A DNA stretch of 64,000 bases from Octopus sinensis (lineage: Eukaryota), in the NCBI RefSeq assembly GCF_006345805.1, contig NC_043001.1, positions 17,422,001 to 17,486,000 of the forward strand, in the 5' to 3' direction. Position numbers and translations under genes: made by a program. The notes under the pieces were generated by a model, which made no database searches, was not told the DNA's origin, and saw only the letters and a list, made by a program, of their open reading frames with translations. Below are positions 49,580 to 63,623 of the stretch, piece by piece. The stretch's first letter is position 1. The number at the start of each line of letters is the position of its first letter.

Positions 49580-50197
49580 ATACTACAATTATGAATAATT
49601 GTATATTAAATTTTGAGATACTAGAAGGCATTATCTCAACTCAGTGTCAGAGCGAGCCAAAGCATGACCAGTACCACGAAATTCAAAGTGTGAATGAAAG
49701 TTTGTGTCACCAGCCCCCTTCCACCCGCGTGTAGCCAAGACAAAATGCTGTGGTCATTTACTGGGATAAAATATGGTTATCAGTAACAGTAAAGGGTGAA
49801 ATTAATTAATTTGGAATAATTATCAATTACACCAAGTAGATTTCGGCATGTAAAAGCCCCATACGAGGAAAATTTAAGTAATACTAAGTAATTTAGTATT
49901 ACTTAATTTTCCTCGTATGGGGCTTTTACATGCCGAAATCTACTTGGTGTAATTGATAATTATTCCAAATTAATTAATTTCACCCTTTACCGTTACTGAT
50001 AACCATATTTTATCCCAGTAATGACCACAGCATTTTGTCTTGGCTACACGGGGGTGGAAGGGGGCTGGTGACACAAACTTTCATTCACATTTGAATTTCG
50101 TGGTACTGGTCATGCTTTGGCTCGCTCTGACACTGAGTTGAGATAATGCCTTCTAGTATCTCAAAATTTAATATACAATTATTCATAATTGTAGTAT

Positions 50198-50288
50198 CCT
50201 GCGCCGATGAGAAAAGAAGTTTGGGTAAGGTAGAATTTTCTAATTCTTATGCTTTCCTAAAACTTGATTCGAAACGTACGTCCGTAGG
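50198..50288 (+). ncRNA. Type I hammerhead motif (CCGAUGA core, long stem II, palindromic stem III, GUC site after 50282)
   Basis: CCUGCG-CCGAUGA-GAA..AAGUUU..AGAAUU uucu AAUUCU..AAACUU..UUC-GAAA-C GUAC GUC-CGUAGG. Confidence 0.6.
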
Positions 50289-50591
50289 TAACTTAAAATT
50301 GTATGATAGATTGCCGTCATTTCATTCTTCTTTCTTACCTGTCTGTGTTTGCCTTTCAGGTGCTGTGTTTTTACTGAGATCCCCCTTTTAGTAGAAGGAA
50401 TAGCTATATCTCTTTGACTGCTATTTCTAAATTCGGTGTGTTGGTGAGGCAATTCGTTGCTAAACCCTTAATTACTTAGTATTACTTAAATTTTCCTCGT
50501 ATGGGGCTTTTACATGCCGAAATCTACTTGGTGTAATTGATAATTATTCCAAATTAATTAATTTCACCCTTTACTGTTACTGATAACTATA

Positions 50592-50679
<88 letters not shown>

Positions 50680-50924
50680 ACAATGTTCTCTCATACGAAG
50701 CTCAACAATGACTCTAAGACGAAAATATCAGAAAACGTTTAAAAAACCTAGGAAAAAAATCTCTGAACAGAACGATGACACCAAAAGATGTCTGCGTGAT
50801 AAAAGATAAATTGCACAAATCCCGAGTGGATTATTCAACAAACAATGGTTATTACGTTATTATTCTTTTTGTTTTTACTTTTTGCATCGGCAGAGATATA
50901 TCAAGGTTTTTGTCCATTATCATT

Positions 50925-51115
50925 TTATGTTTTTCTGGTTTCAGTCATTGAACTGTGGCCATGCTGTAGCAACGTCTTGAAAGGGGTTTAGTACAGTAAA
51001 TAGACCTCTGTACTGATTTTTTTTTTGAAAGTCTGGTACTTATTCTATCCGTCTCCATTGTCGAACTGCTAAGTTACGGGAACGTAATCAAACTAACACT
51101 GGTTGTCAAGTGGGG
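50925..51115 (-). mobile_element. SINE A 3' half (diverged)
   Basis: tcagtcattgaactgtggccatgctg..gaactgctaagttacggg. Confidence 0.65.
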
Positions 51116-51129
51116 GTGGGGGCAAACTT

Positions 51130-51706
51130 AAGCTCAAAGAAACTCACACACGCACACACACACACATATATACGTATATACACACATGCATACACACACA
51201 TACACACAAGCATATACACACATACACACACACATACACATATATATATATACACACACACATGCATACACACACAAACACACAAACATATACACACATA
51301 CACACACACACATACACATATATATATACACACATACATGCGATTACACACGCATACACATACACACACACATATATACATATATGCACACGAGCATACA
51401 CACACATACACACACATATACACACATACACATGCACACACACACACACATATATATATATACACACATACGAACACACGCACGCACACACATATATACA
51501 TACACACGCACACATATATATACATATATATACACATGCATACACAGACATACACACAAACATATACACACATACACACACACACATACACATATATATA
51601 TATACACGCACATGCGATTACACACACATATATGCATATATACACACGCGCATACACACACATACACACATATATACACACATACACATGCACACACACA
51701 CACACT

Positions 51707-51787
<81 letters not shown>
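51130..51787. repeat. (CA/TA)-rich microsatellite, ~650 bp
   Basis: Direct reading. Confidence 0.9.
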
Positions 51788-51789
<2 letters not shown>

Positions 51790-51850
51790 TTTCGTAGACA
51801 GGAACTGGAACAAATCAATCATATATATGTATGTATATATGTAAGTGTAT

Positions 51851-54562
51851 GTGTTTTGGTATTGGCAACATGAATGACAATGGTCAGAGACTTCTTGAAT
51901 TTTGCACATACCATAACCAACACATTCTTTGCCAACAAGACATCCCACAAGGCATCTTGGAGACATCCAATATCTCAGCACTGGCATCAGCTGGATCTCA
52001 TCATTACACGAAGATCCTGTCTGAATTCTGTTCAACTGACCCGTAGATACCCCAGTGCTGATTGTGACATACATCATTCACTTATAAGAAGCAGGGTGAG
52101 GATTCTGCCTAAAAAAGTCCATCACTCCAAGAAATTGGGCCGACCACGCATAAACACTGCCAGAACCTCGGACCCTACACTGCGACAATGTTTTGCTGTT
52201 TCTATCAAGGTTGCCCTCAGTAGCTGCCCAACCTCCTCTGCTGAAAGTAGGTGGAGTTATATCAGGGAAGCTTTGTATACCACATCAATAGATACTTTCG
52301 GTATGAGAGAAAGGCAAAACCCAGATTGGTTCAGTGCTGGTCTCTCAGAGCTGGAAACAGTTATCGAAGCAAAGCGTGCAGCTCTGATGCAATAGAAGAG
52401 TGATTCTTCTACAAAGTCACTCGAAGAACTCAGAAAGGCAAGAAATAAAACCCAACTGGCTGCCAGACGCTGTGCAAATAGGTATTGGCAAGAAATCTGT
52501 CAGAGTATCCAGTCAGCTGCTGACAGAGGCGATACCCGTGGGTTGTATGCCGGTTTGAAGAAGGCCTTCGGTCCATCCGCAACCAAGTCAGCCCCTCTGA
52601 AATCAACTACTGGGGATCTCATCAAGGACCAAAGCAAGCAAATGGATAGATGGATGGAGTACTACCAGGATCTCTACTCACGAAAGACCACGGTAGCTGA
52701 GGCTGCAATCGAGGGTGTCAAGATCTTGCCAGTCATGTGCGAACTTGACAGTCCGCCATCTATAGTAGAGCTCACCAAGGCTGTTGACTCCCTAGCAAGT
52801 AACAAGGCTCCATGAAAAGACGGCATCCCCTAAGAGATCATCAAAACAGGCAAAAACACCATCCTGCTTCGGCACATTCATGAGCTTCTGTGTCAGTGCT
52901 GGGAAGTGGGTACAGTCCCTCAGAATATGCGGGATGCTAACATCATTACGCTTTACAAAAATAAAGGTGACCGTGGTGATTGTAACAATTACCGTGGAAT
53001 ATCTCTTCTAAGCACTGTTGGAAAGGCCTCTGCTCGCATTATCCTGTCCATTATGCTTGCTTCTCGAATTTATCCGGAATCGCAGTGTGGCTTTAGAAGA
53101 AGCAGATCAACTACTGACATGACATTCTCCATACGCCAACTTCAGGAGAAATCCAGAGAGCAGAAAATGCCATTATATATGGCCTTCATTGATCTGACAA
53201 AGGCTTTTGACTTGGTAAGTAGAAAAGGCCTCTTCATCCTGCTCCAAAAAATCGGATGTCCACCAAAGCTGCTGAGGATCATCAAATCTTTCCATAATGA
53301 TATGCAAGGCACCATACAGCACAATGGTTCAACATCAGCCGCCTTCCAAATAAAAAAAGGGGTAAAGCAAGGTTGTGTCCTTTCTCCAACATTATTTGGC
53401 ATCTTCTTCTCGATGCCGCTGTCACATGCCTTTGAAACATCAGATGATGGAGTGTTTCTGCACAGTAGAAGTGATCGGAAACTGTTCAATCTCTCGCGTC
53501 TGAGTGCCAAGACCAAAATCAGAAGCGTCCTGATCAAGATGCTATTTGCTGATGATGCCGCTCTGGTATCACACACAGAAGAAGCCCTACAAAGGCTCAT
53601 CAACTGTTTTGAGCAAGCATGTAGCAACTTTGGCTTAGTTATCAGCCTCAAGAAGACCAACATCATGGGTCAGGCTACATCGGACATCCCAAACATACAT
53701 ATTGGAGACCACAGACTACAGGAGGTTGAGAAGTTTACCTATCTTGGCTCTACCGTCACCTACAACCTATCCCTTGATGCTGAACTCAATATACGCATTG
53801 GTAATGCAGCTGCTGTGATGGCCCAACTCTCCAAACGGGCATGGGACAACAATAAGCTGACCAAGACCACAAAAATGAAGATTTACCAGGCATGTGTACT
53901 TAACACTCTACCGTATGGAAGTGAGACTTGGACGCCATACACACGCCATACGACGCCATACGTCGCCTAAACATCTTTCACCTGCGTTGCCTTCGGAAAA
54001 TTCTTCGCATCAAATGGCAGAATCATGTCCCCAACAAAGATGTCCTCAAGCAAGCAGGAATACCAAGCATGTTTGCACTCCTCACACAAAGACGTATGAG
54101 ATGGCTTGATAATGTTAGCCGTATGGAAGATGACAGAATCCCCAAGGACATACTCAACGAAGAGCTTGCTAGGGGCACTAGGTCCGTGGGAAGACCGTTC
54201 TTACGATACAAGGATGTTTGCAAAAGGGACATGAATGCCTGCAACATCAATATTACCAACTGGGAAGCAGTTGCCAGCAACCGTGGAGATTGGCGACGTA
54301 CCGTAAAAGAGGGAACACAGAGGAGTGACATAGACAGAGAAGAGAAATGGAAAGACAAGAAAAGACGTCAACAAGAACCTATGACATTACAACCAGCCAA
54401 GCAAAGTCTTCGCTACATTTGCGGCACCTTCCAGAGGGTGGGTTTGTCCAGGGTAGGACTACACAGCAGGAGATGTATTAGGACATGAAATGTAAAAGCC
54501 GGACTAGATTATTTTATGCGCAACTCCATTGTCTCCCGAGACAAAAAGAATGCCAACAACAA
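51851..54562 (+). mobile_element. RTE/BovB-like LINE, 5'-truncated, pseudogenised (end of AP-endonuclease + RT + 3' UTR, (CAA)n tail)
   Basis: FGIGNMNDNGQRLLEFC; HWHQLDLIITRR; NYRGISLLS; QCGFR; FIDLTKAFD; GVKQGCVLSPTLF; LFADD; FTYLGS; YGSETW; several stops and frameshifts. Confidence 0.92.
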
Positions 54563-54570
54563 TACATATG

Positions 54571-54790
54571 GATTTCGTAGACAGGAACTGAAACAAATCA
54601 ATCGTATATATATGTATGTATATATGTAAGTGTATATGTGTGTGTCTTTGTCTCTGTGTTTCGCCCTCATCATTGCTTCACAACTGCTGTTCATTTATTT
54701 ACATCCACATAACTTACTGGTTTCATGGTTTCACAAGAACAAATTAATAGAATAAGTACTAGGCTTATCAACATAAAAAAGTACAAGGCT
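54571..54790 (+). mobile_element. SINE A central/3' part (host of the RTE insertion)
   Basis: gatttcgtagacaggaactgaaac.. then body and gaataagtactaggctt. Confidence 0.65.
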
Positions 54791-54859
54791 GTGTCTCATA
54801 TTTTTGTTTGTCCACTCAGTTGTATCTATCAATTTATCTTTGTATGTGTGTGTGTATCT

Positions 54860-54954
<95 letters not shown>

Positions 54955-54955
<1 letters not shown>

Positions 54956-56221
54956 CACCCTAATGGGAGTCTTAACTCCCAAATTTTAGTCACTTCTTTT
55001 ATGATCCAAAAACTAGGTCAAAAGTACTGAATGGATCTTTATGAAATTTGGAAATTATATTCTATGCATAAGGCCCATAACCCCCATGACAATTCATATA
55101 TTTTTGCTGTTGATGAAATTTTAACCATAGATATTAGACACAAATGAAGTAATATTTATAAAATTTCATCTTCTTACAAAGTTAGAATGACCCACAATTT
55201 TGTCATTTTATCTAAGCAAAAACGAATACAGTTGTGTTCTTGGAAGCTGTAGGGTTACCCGACCATAAATGTTGGGCATTATTTCTAATTCAATGGTGCA
55301 ACAGTGTAACAGTTGGCTTTAACATACACTTACGTTGTGATTTCTGCAAAGTGCTGCATAAATTGTCAAGTAAATGAGAGGCATCTTTGCCTCCACTGAT
55401 TCAGTTGCAATGTGTTGAGTAAAGTTATTTGATTGCAGACTTCCTTTCAGTCTTTTTATTATCACTCGGCCACACATAGTCCCCAGATGGTAACATTGAT
55501 TTCAAGGCCTTCCCAGATGAGTGACTGATTATTCAAAGGATTTATAGATTTTTAATTTATTCTGTCCAGTTACGTATCAGTATAGTGGTCATTTGCAAAC
55601 TCCAACTTTCATTTCTCCTTGGCCCTCACGTCACACAGTTGTTAATGTTTATTTCAGTTGGGTCACGCCCTTCCAATTGCAATAGATTCGTAATGCATCT
55701 TACGGTTGTGCCTGTCACCTGGATGGTGAGGAATCCTACATTGGGAGTGGCAACGACTAGGCAGAATCTTATTGTGATCATTCGTCTTTTGGTTTCCTGT
55801 AGCTTTGCTCTCTTTTACAAACACAGTGAATATATATTTCCTATTTCAAAGAAATTCAAACAATAGATATAAGACCCATGTTAAAAAGATTTTCAAAAAT
55901 TCAACTTCTCTGGTTGACATTAATATGCCCACCCCCAACAGTGACCTTAACTCTCACATTTTAGAGCTCCATGACCTTCATTTTTCAGGAGCAAAATCTT
56001 TTTAACAGGTTCAATAATACTGGAATTTTGGAATATGCGCATAAAAATCAGTAGTATGGGATACTTGATGCACGATTACAATTTTTTAGGGTGTGTAAAG
56101 AGGGAAATAACCCTCATCTGCAATTTTGATGAAATCCGAAACATAGATATTCCAGTTCATTACAGAAAAGTCTAATTCTTCAATTGAATGTAACCGGCCA
56201 ACGCCGGGTATCTCTGCTAGT
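54955..56221 (-). mobile_element. Long Helentron/HINE-like element
   Basis: 5' terminus reverse complement actagcagagatacccggcgttggccgg at 56195-56221; internal block shared with 47700-48100; 3' boundary uncertain. Confidence 0.45.
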
Positions 56222-56519
56222 GTAGATATATATATATATATATATATATATTCAAATGAATATGGTACTTAAGTCAGTTACACCAGAATTTTGTACGGTA
56301 TTATCCATATAACTCCATGGGGTGATTATAATCAAAGTAAGCAACAAGAATGTCTTCGGTAATTTGGTACGATCATTTCATGCTACATCATTTTATTAAA
56401 CATTGTAAGTATTACGTCAGTTTTAAAATGTTGAGCACTCTTCAGCCATTCATAGAGGTTTTCATCAATACATATACTTATTTCCATATATGTATGTGTG
56501 TGTGTGTGTATGTGTGTGT

Positions 56520-56760
56520 GTGTGTGTTGTGTGTGTGTGTGCGTGTGTGTGTATGTTTGTATGTTTGTGTCTGTCCCCACCAACATCGCTTGACAACCGA
56601 TGTTGGTGTGTTTACGTCTCTGTAACTTAGCGGTTCGGCAAAAGTGACCAATAGAATAAGTACTAGGCTTCCAAGGAATAAGTCCTGGGGTCGATTTGCT
56701 CGACTAAAGGCTGTGCTCCACTATGGCCGCAGTCAAATGCCTGAAACAAGTAAAAGAGTA
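56520..56760 (+). mobile_element. SINE A 3' half
   Basis: Consensus match. Confidence 0.8.
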
Positions 56761-56985
56761 TCATCAGATTTAGCCATTTAGTTAATAACCGTTTTCATCA
56801 TTAAAGACGTAATTAATTAGCATTTATTGACTTACAAAGTTAACCCTTTGCCTGTCCAAAGCATTTTTATCCGATTCTTCTAAATTTCCATGCTTGTTTT
56901 CAGACTTTTAGTTGGTCCTTTTTTCATACGTTCTGAGTAATATAAAGCTTTCCTTTCATAAGTCATAGGTTACTTTTATAGTACA

Positions 56986-57400
56986 AGGCGGCGAGCTGGC
57001 AGAGACGTTAGCACGCCGGACGAAATGCTTAGGTATTTCGTCAGCCGCTACGTTCTGAGTTCAGATTCCGCCGAGGTCGACTTTGCCTTTCATCCTTTCG
57101 GGGTCGATTAAATAAGTACCAATTACGCACTGGGGTCGATATAATCGACCCAATCCGTTTGTCTGTTCTTGTTTGTCCCCTCTGTGTTTAGCCCCTTGTG
57201 GGTAGTAAAGAAATAGGTATTTCGTCTGTCTTTACGTTGTGAGTTCAAATTCCGCCGAGGTCGACTTTGCCTTTCATCCTCTCGGGGTCGATTAAATAAG
57301 TACCAGTTACGCACTGGGGTCGATGTAATCGGCTTAATCCGTTTGTCTGTTCTTGTTTGTCCCCTCTGTGTTTAGCCCCTTGTGGGCAGTAAAGAAAAAA
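56986..57400 (+). mobile_element. SINE B tandem (2 units)
   Basis: Consensus match. Confidence 0.85.
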
Positions 57401-58532
57401 ATAGGTTACTCTTATAATTGAAAATAACCACGAATGTGCATCATAAATGACGCCTGGACGCCGGGGAAATAAGTCCCGTATATTACATTTGATACACAGG
57501 ACAGGCAAGAGTTATGTATGTTAGCACACACTTTACTCTTAAGTTTTCGTGCAGCAAGCACTCTGAGTATATTCCCCAGTTATTCTTTTTTATTCATTAC
57601 GCCACTGTGGGTTCATTTACAAAAATCCTACGTACAGTATTTCTCTTGTAATCTACAGAAATACAATTCAGCGACTGTTTTATTAAGCTTCGCTGAGAAA
57701 GCCTAATAAGGCCGAAACTAAACTCTCATTCTTCGCTACATTCCATATGTAATTAATTTTAACTCATTAAAATTTCGGCGTTGTCATTCTTTACTTGTTT
57801 GACCTGACTTAACTTATTCAGATAACAATTGTACCCATCATTAATATAATGATGTCGTTTTAATTAATTGAATAGGATTTCTTAGTTCCGGTATTATGTA
57901 TATTAGCGCCCATTTTATCAGTGGATTAATTATTCTTTCATCTACAAAAAAAAAAAAGGAAAATCGGAATACGTGAGACAGTGGTGGAAGAGACTCATGA
58001 GACTGAACCCGGAACCATTTTGATGGGAAGCGAACTACTTACCCAAGAGCCACTCCCGCTGTTTGAAATACAACAATAAATTAATATAAATATCAGTTTG
58101 TAATAATTAATTATATTTAGTACTTGCTGAAATGACTTCCTGCTTATTTACTGTTGATGTAAAGGTTGTAATTATCTGTCATTCACGTCTCGCGCACTTT
58201 TCCACTTTTTTCGCTTCCTTCCTATATTATATTATAAATGATGCTGTCATCCCTAACTCTCCGATCCTTCCCCCCATCTCTCCCTCTCTTTCTCCTTTTT
58301 TACATATGTGTGTGCGAGCGCGTAGCGATGCACATTCGCGGTTGTTTTCAATTATAAAAGTAACCTTTTTTTTTACTGCCCATAAGGGCTTAAACACAGC
58401 ATAAATTGGATAAGGTATTCATACAAAGCTGACAAATTTTTCCTGCTTTGTAAAGGATATCTTCACCAATCCCTGTTGCCCTATCACCGTTTATGCGGTC
58501 ATACATTGTTCTCCCTTCCAACACCCGAAAAG

Positions 58533-58933
58533 GGTTCTTTTCGGTTTGAACGGCAGTTTTTTCTAGCGGTGTCATATGAAATTGTCACCCATAATTATGA
58601 CCCTAGTATCGATCTATTACATTTCAATCTGTTTTAGGGTTAGGGTTAGGGGTGGGGGGAGGGTATCTTTTTTTCTTCAGAAATGTAAATAAACCCAATC
58701 TGTTTCTTAAACGAGGGACATATTCATACGACACAGAATGTTTTCACCTCAATGGACGTCATTGAAATTAAAGAAAAAAAAGGCAACAAATATCTTACAA
58801 ACTATAGAATTTTCTCAATAAAGCCAAGAGAAAAAGATGTTTTATAAACACATTCTACCAGTATACGAAGTTTAAAAGTGTTTAGTTACGTGGAAATTAT
58901 TTTTAAAAACTGCCGGTCAAACCGAAAAGATCT
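58533..58933. mobile_element. GG-terminal MITE, 8-bp TSD ccgaaaag, with ttagggttagggttaggg
   Basis: TSD at 58525-58532 and 58934-58941; inverted relative to 39490 copy. Confidence 0.8.
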
Positions 58934-59158
58934 CCGAAAAGTGATGTGAACAGTCATTACTTGTCACTATTTTTAACACCTTGAATCTATTTCCCTTCCT
59001 TATGACCATCAATACGGATTTCATTGAGTTAAATTAACTGGAGACCTATGTCACTCACCAATGGTAGTAACCCTCTGCCTTAAGTAATCTGGTGAAAATA
59101 GTACTGATACAAAGCATTCGAGCGCGTCCAAGTATGCGAATCTCCCAGCAAAAGTCAG

Positions 59159-60110
<952 letters not shown>

Positions 60111-60517
60111 AAAGCCAGCCATCCATAGTCTACATCCACCACTTGACTCTTGAACCCGCGATGTTCTTTGTCAGATCGAATTATCGTGGCTTGTACTGGA
60201 CTAGTGTCGCTCTGTTTGTTCCATTGTTTCCCAAAAGTTTGTTTTTGCCCCGAAATTGTTCTTCCAACACACCTGTGAGTTGCTTAACATTTCCAGTAAC
60301 GTACATTCTCATACAAATAGCTAAGGTTTAAAGAAAAGTATGAGCCTACATGCATCCTTAAGCAAGCGCGTATTCTAGTTTCCTTGGCGTTCAGGCGTGA
60401 GTACAGGGAAAAAGGTGGTTAACTCTGCGACGTCTGTCTGTCAGAGAGTTAACTCCCCTGCTGTCCCTGCTAATTAAGTTCAATGTGAAATATTTTGCTT
60501 AAAAACAAAACACACTA

Positions 60518-60715
60518 TACTCTTTACTCTTTTACTTGTTTCAGTCATTTGACTGTGGCCATGCTGGAGCACCGCCTTTAGTCGAGCAAATCAACCCCAG
60601 GACTTATTTTTGTAAGCGTAGTACTTATTCTATCGGTCACTATTGCCGAACCGCTAAGTTACGGGGACGTAAACACACCAGCATCGGTTGTCAAGCGATG
60701 TTGGGGGGGGGGCAA

Positions 60716-60792
<77 letters not shown>

Positions 60793-60960
60793 CATATATA
60801 CGACAGGCTTCTTTCAGTTTCAGTCTACCAAATCCACTCACAAGGCATTGGTCGGCCCGAGGCTATAGTAGACGACACTTGCCCAAGGTGCCACGCAGTG
60901 GGAATGAACCTGGAACTATGTGGTTCGTAAGCAAGCTACTTACTACACACTCCTACGCCT
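60518..60960 (-). mobile_element. SINE A
   Basis: Full consensus. Confidence 0.85.
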
Positions 60961-61214
60961 AAATTAACTGAATGAAAATATCTTTGGTTTCTCAACCAAA
61001 TAAAAATTTCTATCAAGTATTTTAGCGCCCATTGGTTATTCTTGTATTTGAAAAAGAAAAAAGATCGCACTAACGTGACTTCGTTAACCTTGACGCAGAC
61101 TTCAGTTTATTCAATATGTTTTATCTTCCAATAAGACACGAAAACCAGGGAATAAATGTGACGATCTTAGGTTCAGCACCCAAACGACCAGAACTTATTG
61201 GTATAAAAACACTT

Positions 61215-61817
61215 AAGGCGAAATGCTTAGTAGTATTTCGTCTGCTGTTACGTTCTGAGTTCAAATTCCGTCGTGGTCGACTTTGCCTTTCATCCTTTCG
61301 GGGTCGATTAATTAAGTACTAGTTACGCACTTGGGTCGATGTAATCGACTTAATCCTTTTGTCTGTCCTTGTTTGTCCCCTCTATGTTTAGCCCCTTGTG
61401 GGCAATAAAGAAATAAGAAACGTTAGCACGCCGGGCGAAATGCTTAGCCGTATTTCGTCTGCCGTTACGTTCTGAGTTCAAATTCCGCCGAGGTCGACTT
61501 TGCCTTTCATCCTTTCGGGGTCGATAAATAAAGTACCAGTTACGCACTGGAGTCGATGTAATCGACTTAATCCGTCTGTCTGTCCTTGTTTGTCCCCTCT
61601 ATGTTTAGCCCCTTGTGGGTAATAAAGAAATAGGTATTTCGTCTGCCGCTACGTTCTGAGTTCAAATTCCGCCGAAGTCGACTTTGCCTTTCATCCTTTC
61701 GGGGTTGATAAATTAAGTACCAGTTTCGCACTGGAGTCAATATAATCGACTTAATCCGTATGTCTCTCCTTTTTTGTCCTCTCTGTGGTTAGCCCCTTGT
61801 GGGTAGTAAAGAAATAC
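61215..61817 (+). mobile_element. SINE B tandem array (3 units, both junction types)
   Basis: gaaataagaaacgttag at ~61412; gaaataggtatttc at ~61630. Confidence 0.85.
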
Positions 61818-61901
61818 GTATAAAACACTTATCAACATATTTCATTTCACATCTGGTCTGCAAACGCGCTGTCTTCTCTCTTCACCTTTTTTCCACTGTA
61901 G

Positions 61902-62209
61902 CATAGATTCTCAAAGTGGGCGCTACCGCCCCCCAATGGGCGTTGAGACGGTCCAGGTGGGCGCTGGTGCCTAAGAAGGCGATGGAGGGGCGGTAGAGAA
62001 AAAGTAGGCGTTGGGAGGAAGGCAGTAGATGGGGGACTCTATGAATTTTTTTTATATTATAGTATTGTATACAAATTATATGATATCATATTAAATATCA
62101 AATGATTCATAGTATATATATATTAGTAAAATATAAAATATTTTTGCATAAAAATAGGGGAGGAGACGTTGAGGGTATTATGTGGCCCCAAAAAGTTTGA
62201 GAACCTTTG
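61902..62209. mobile_element. hAT (Charlie/Buster-like) MITE
   Basis: Imperfect TIRs catagattctcaaa / tttgagaacctttg; flanks cactgtag and cactacag, each one change from cactatag. Confidence 0.5.
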
Positions 62210-62352
62210 CACTACAGCAATGTCCCCAATTCTTGGATCTGATTGGTTTCATATCGCCCCATTCAGGCACTTCCCTGGTTTATTTTTCTATCTTTATGAC
62301 CCATTCTTTTCAATCAGGAACGTCATCCCCAAAGATCTGTCTGTCTATGTCG

Positions 62353-62451
<99 letters not shown>

Positions 62452-62637
62452 CTTTCTTGTCTGCAGCCCTCAACCGTTCAGGAGAAACATTACCTACACC
62501 GATCTCACCAGTTACAGAGAGCCTACGGCCACAAGAGCATAAATATTTCCTCCATACTCCCCACCAAAACACATACACACACACACTCACAATTATATAC
62601 ATGCGCAAAAGCGCGCGCGTAGACACACACACTCATG

Positions 62638-62692
<55 letters not shown>

Positions 62693-62762
62693 ACACGAAA
62701 ATAAGCACATACACACACAAGCAAATATATACACCTTAAAATTTCACACAATTTTTTTTTTT

Positions 62763-63530
62763 TGATATGGGGTAGGACCGCCTTTAGCAGTAATTACAGC
62801 TTGAATTCTACAAGGTATGGACTCGTACAAAGTTTGAATTGCTTTCAAAGGAATTTTCGTCCATTCTTCAGCTAAAAACAGTCTCCAGTTCTTGTAGTGA
62901 TGATGGTGGACATCGACACTTTACTTGTTTTTCCTAAAATACACCCTAAATATTGAATAATATTGAGATCTGGGGACTGTGGTGGCCAGATAAGATGTTC
63001 AACTTCACTAGAATGTCCCTCATGCCATTCGGTAACAACTTTAGCTGTGTGAATTGGTGCATTGGCATCCTGAGAGATTGCGTTTCCCTCTGGAAACAGT
63101 TCCGCAAACATAGGGTGAATTTGATCAGATAAAATGCTTAAGTAGTCATGACTATTAATTCTGCCATGAAGGGAAACTATTGAGCCGGCGGATTTCCAAG
63201 ATATAGCCCCCAAGATCATCACAGATCCTCCTCCATGTTTAACAGTTGGAAGAAGGCAGTCGGGGTCAAATGCTTCTTTTGTCTGTCTCCACACGTATAC
63301 TCAGCCGGTGGTCGGAAATAAGGTAAAGGATAACTCGTCCGAGAAAATGACATTCTTCCACTGCTCTAGGGGCCAATTCTGTAGATTTTGACTCCACTCT
63401 AAATGCTTTGCAACGTTTGTTTTTAAAAGTAGTGGTTTTCTTATTGCAGCCCCCCCTCCCGTGAAATCCGCCTTTGTGCAGCTCCCGGCGAACAGTTTTT
63501 GTGGAAACTGGGTTCTCGAGGCGGTCATTA
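62763..63530 (-). mobile_element. Tc1-family (DD34E-type) transposase pseudogene
   Basis: RKPLL..WKNVIFSDE..TVKHGGGSVMILG..QDANAPIH..WPPQSPDLNIIQ..GGPTPY; second D and E appear mutated; frameshifts. Confidence 0.88.
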
Positions 63531-63532
63531 TA

Positions 63533-63623
63533 CAGGGGTTGGATAAAATAATGGAAACGCCTAGCATCATAGCATCATAATTTTGAAATATCTATAAAAC
63601 CGTCAAAAGCTTGTTTATTTTTA
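63533..63623 (+). mobile_element. Tc1-type TIR/terminus after TA, abutting the transposase
   Basis: TA-caggggttggataaaataatggaaac. Confidence 0.55.

Larger units (their letters stand above)
49288..50587. repeat. 1.2-kb near-perfect palindrome (arms 49288-49887 / 49893-50488) of a 587-bp unit plus ~100 bp of a further unit
   Basis: Unit start taagtaatactaagtaat at 49288 and 49875; 5-nt centre gtaat; only ~7-8 small differences between arms. Confidence 0.92.

Noticed and set aside
57693-57720. CUGAGAA-GCC uaauaa GGC-CGAAAC motif
   Set aside because: The core G8 is altered and there is no stem I/III.
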